A DNA stretch of 64,000 bases from a virus. Below are positions 63,202-64,000 of this stretch, in pieces (the first letter of the stretch is position 1; every line of letters begins with the position of its first letter). The stretch is taken from IMG/VR virus record IMGVR_UViG_3300003320_000766. One strand, given 5' to 3'. A program made the position numbers and the translations under genes. A model generated the notes under the pieces. It worked only from the letters and a program-made list of their open reading frames with translations. It was not told the origin of the DNA and did no database searches.

Positions 63202-63627
63202 TTACTTTATATCTGAGGAGTCTGAATGATCACGCGAATCTCTTTTTCCAGCCTCAAGAATTGGAAGGTTAGCTTCTGTTGGCACATAAATTACCGCCTG
63301 CGGATTTTTCTCTATATTATCAATCCATAACCAATGCAGATACTCTGGATTTCCTTTCAAGGAAGAACCAATGATTTGATTCGATCTGGCTATTCCATGA
63401 GCCCGTATGGTATCTGCTGCGGCCAACATAGCAGCACTTTCCATTTTCGCCCTTGCTTCAGCTACAGCCACTTCTTTTGATGACTGAGCATGGGCCAGCT
63501 GAGCTTCGCCCTCTTTCCTTGCAGAATAAACACTATATTGTGGACAACCCCACATCATAAGTGAAATAATCAAAAGGATCGCTGACAACACTCTAATTCC
63601 TAAAGAAATAATATGTTTTGTTTCCAT
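63202..63627 (-). CDS. Membrane protein with SPFH/HflC-like coiled coil
   Basis: N-terminal TM; AEARAK..IRAHGIARSNQIIGSSL..EYL.WLWI..IYVPTEANLPILEA. Confidence 0.6.
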   Translation of the reverse strand: METKHIISLGIRVLSAILLIISLMMWGCPQYSVYSARKEGEAQLAHAQSSKEVAVAEARAKMESAAMLAAADTIRAHGIARSNQIIGSSLKGNPEYLHWLWIDNIEKNPQAVIYVPTEANLPILEAGKRDSRDHSDSSDIK

Positions 63628-63642
63628 TTTTGTGTATTAAAA

Positions 63643-63658
63643 TGTTCCACGTGGAACA
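63643..63658. promoter_or_regulatory. parS site TGTTCCACGTGGAACA
   Basis: Perfect palindrome (20 bp with flanks, 63641-63660) matching TGTTNCACGTGNAACA. Confidence 0.8.
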
Positions 63659-64000
63659 TTAGTAGCTGAATATTATTCTTTCCATTATCTTCAACACCAC
63701 CTCCCTTCCTTTAGGAGTAATGTAATACCTTGTACTTCTAACAGCCCCTCTGGTATCTAAATACCCCCGTCTCTTTAAATTAGTCAGGGCTACTCCCAAA
63801 GTGCGTGAGTTAGATGTATATGAATATTTATATTCCTCCAAATAAGCGCTTGGGGCATTTTCTCCTCTATAAAAAAACATGAGGGCATACCATTCTGCGG
63901 GATTAAGATTATAATCTGATGACATTCTTTTCTTATTCCCATCGTAATTAATAAGAAACTGAAGAATCCCATTCACCGATTCTCTAACCCGCTGAGCTCG
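63659..64000 (-). CDS. MarR-like winged-helix protein (5'-truncated by window)
   Basis: LNPAEWYALMFF..LGVALTNLKRRGYL..RYYITPKGREV; frame open to the window edge. Confidence 0.7.
   Translation of the reverse strand, partial: RAQRVRESVNGILQFLINYDGNKKRMSSDYNLNPAEWYALMFFYRGENAPSAYLEEYKYSYTSNSRTLGVALTNLKRRGYLDTRGAVRSTRYYITPKGREVVLKIMERIIFSY

Larger units (their letters stand above)
1..64000. mobile_element. Segment of a crAss-like (podovirus-type) Bacteroidota phage genome
   Basis: Terminase, portal, scaffold, capsid, nozzle, ejection proteins, fibres and lysis genes in order. Dense small accessory ORFs. No housekeeping host operons. Confidence 0.93.

Noticed and set aside
752-63972. Numerous 60-170 aa ORFs antisense to or nested in long genes
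   Set aside because: Shadow frames of real genes with no motifs or own expression signals; only 9380-9736 was kept.
1-64000. Stop-codon reassignment as in some crAss-like phages
   Set aside because: Large genes are uninterrupted and tightly packed under the standard code.
1-64000. CRISPR array, diversity-generating retroelement, integrase/att site, intron or intein
   Set aside because: No regularly spaced repeats, reverse transcriptase, recombinase or homing-endonuclease motifs seen; terminase, portal and capsid have ordinary lengths.

Overview
This window is 64 kb of an AT-rich tailed phage genome with crAss-like virion architecture. The host is very likely Bacteroidota, probably Chitinophagaceae-like: TAnnTTTG promoter boxes, A/T-rich starts without Shine-Dalgarno motifs, a Chitinophagaceae-type PKD domain and a Gln+1 signal peptide all point that way. 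Layout: (i) 1-10336, a + strand run of small accessory genes, including GroES, a family of His/Cys3 zinc-finger paralogs and a Dit1/PvcA (isonitrile-synthase)-like gene. (ii) 10523-50915, the - strand late module: scaffold, major capsid, ring/tail proteins, fibres/spikes, holin/u-spanin cassette, tail nozzle, three ejection proteins up to 2950 aa, and a GH19 endolysin. (iii) 50988-51921, a two-gene + strand island. (iv) 51999-64000, - strand: portal, YkgJ, ParB, double GroES, terminase, then an Acb2/Tad1-like protein, acyl carrier protein, PRTase, DEDDh exonuclease, HAD, TerD and wHTH. The strongest unexpected signal is two complete type I hammerhead ribozymes (294-340, 630-678). Each begins at the stop codon of the upstream gene; together they bracket a 93-aa ORF and sit directly in front of the PvcA-like gene. 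Also notable: two parS palindromes with a ParB gene, a 41-nt tRNA-like acceptor/T-arm minihelix, and a structured intergenic RNA with a possible kissing loop. Protein family calls come from motif recognition only; no searches were run. No integrase, replication genes, full tRNA, CRISPR array or stop-codon recoding was seen.
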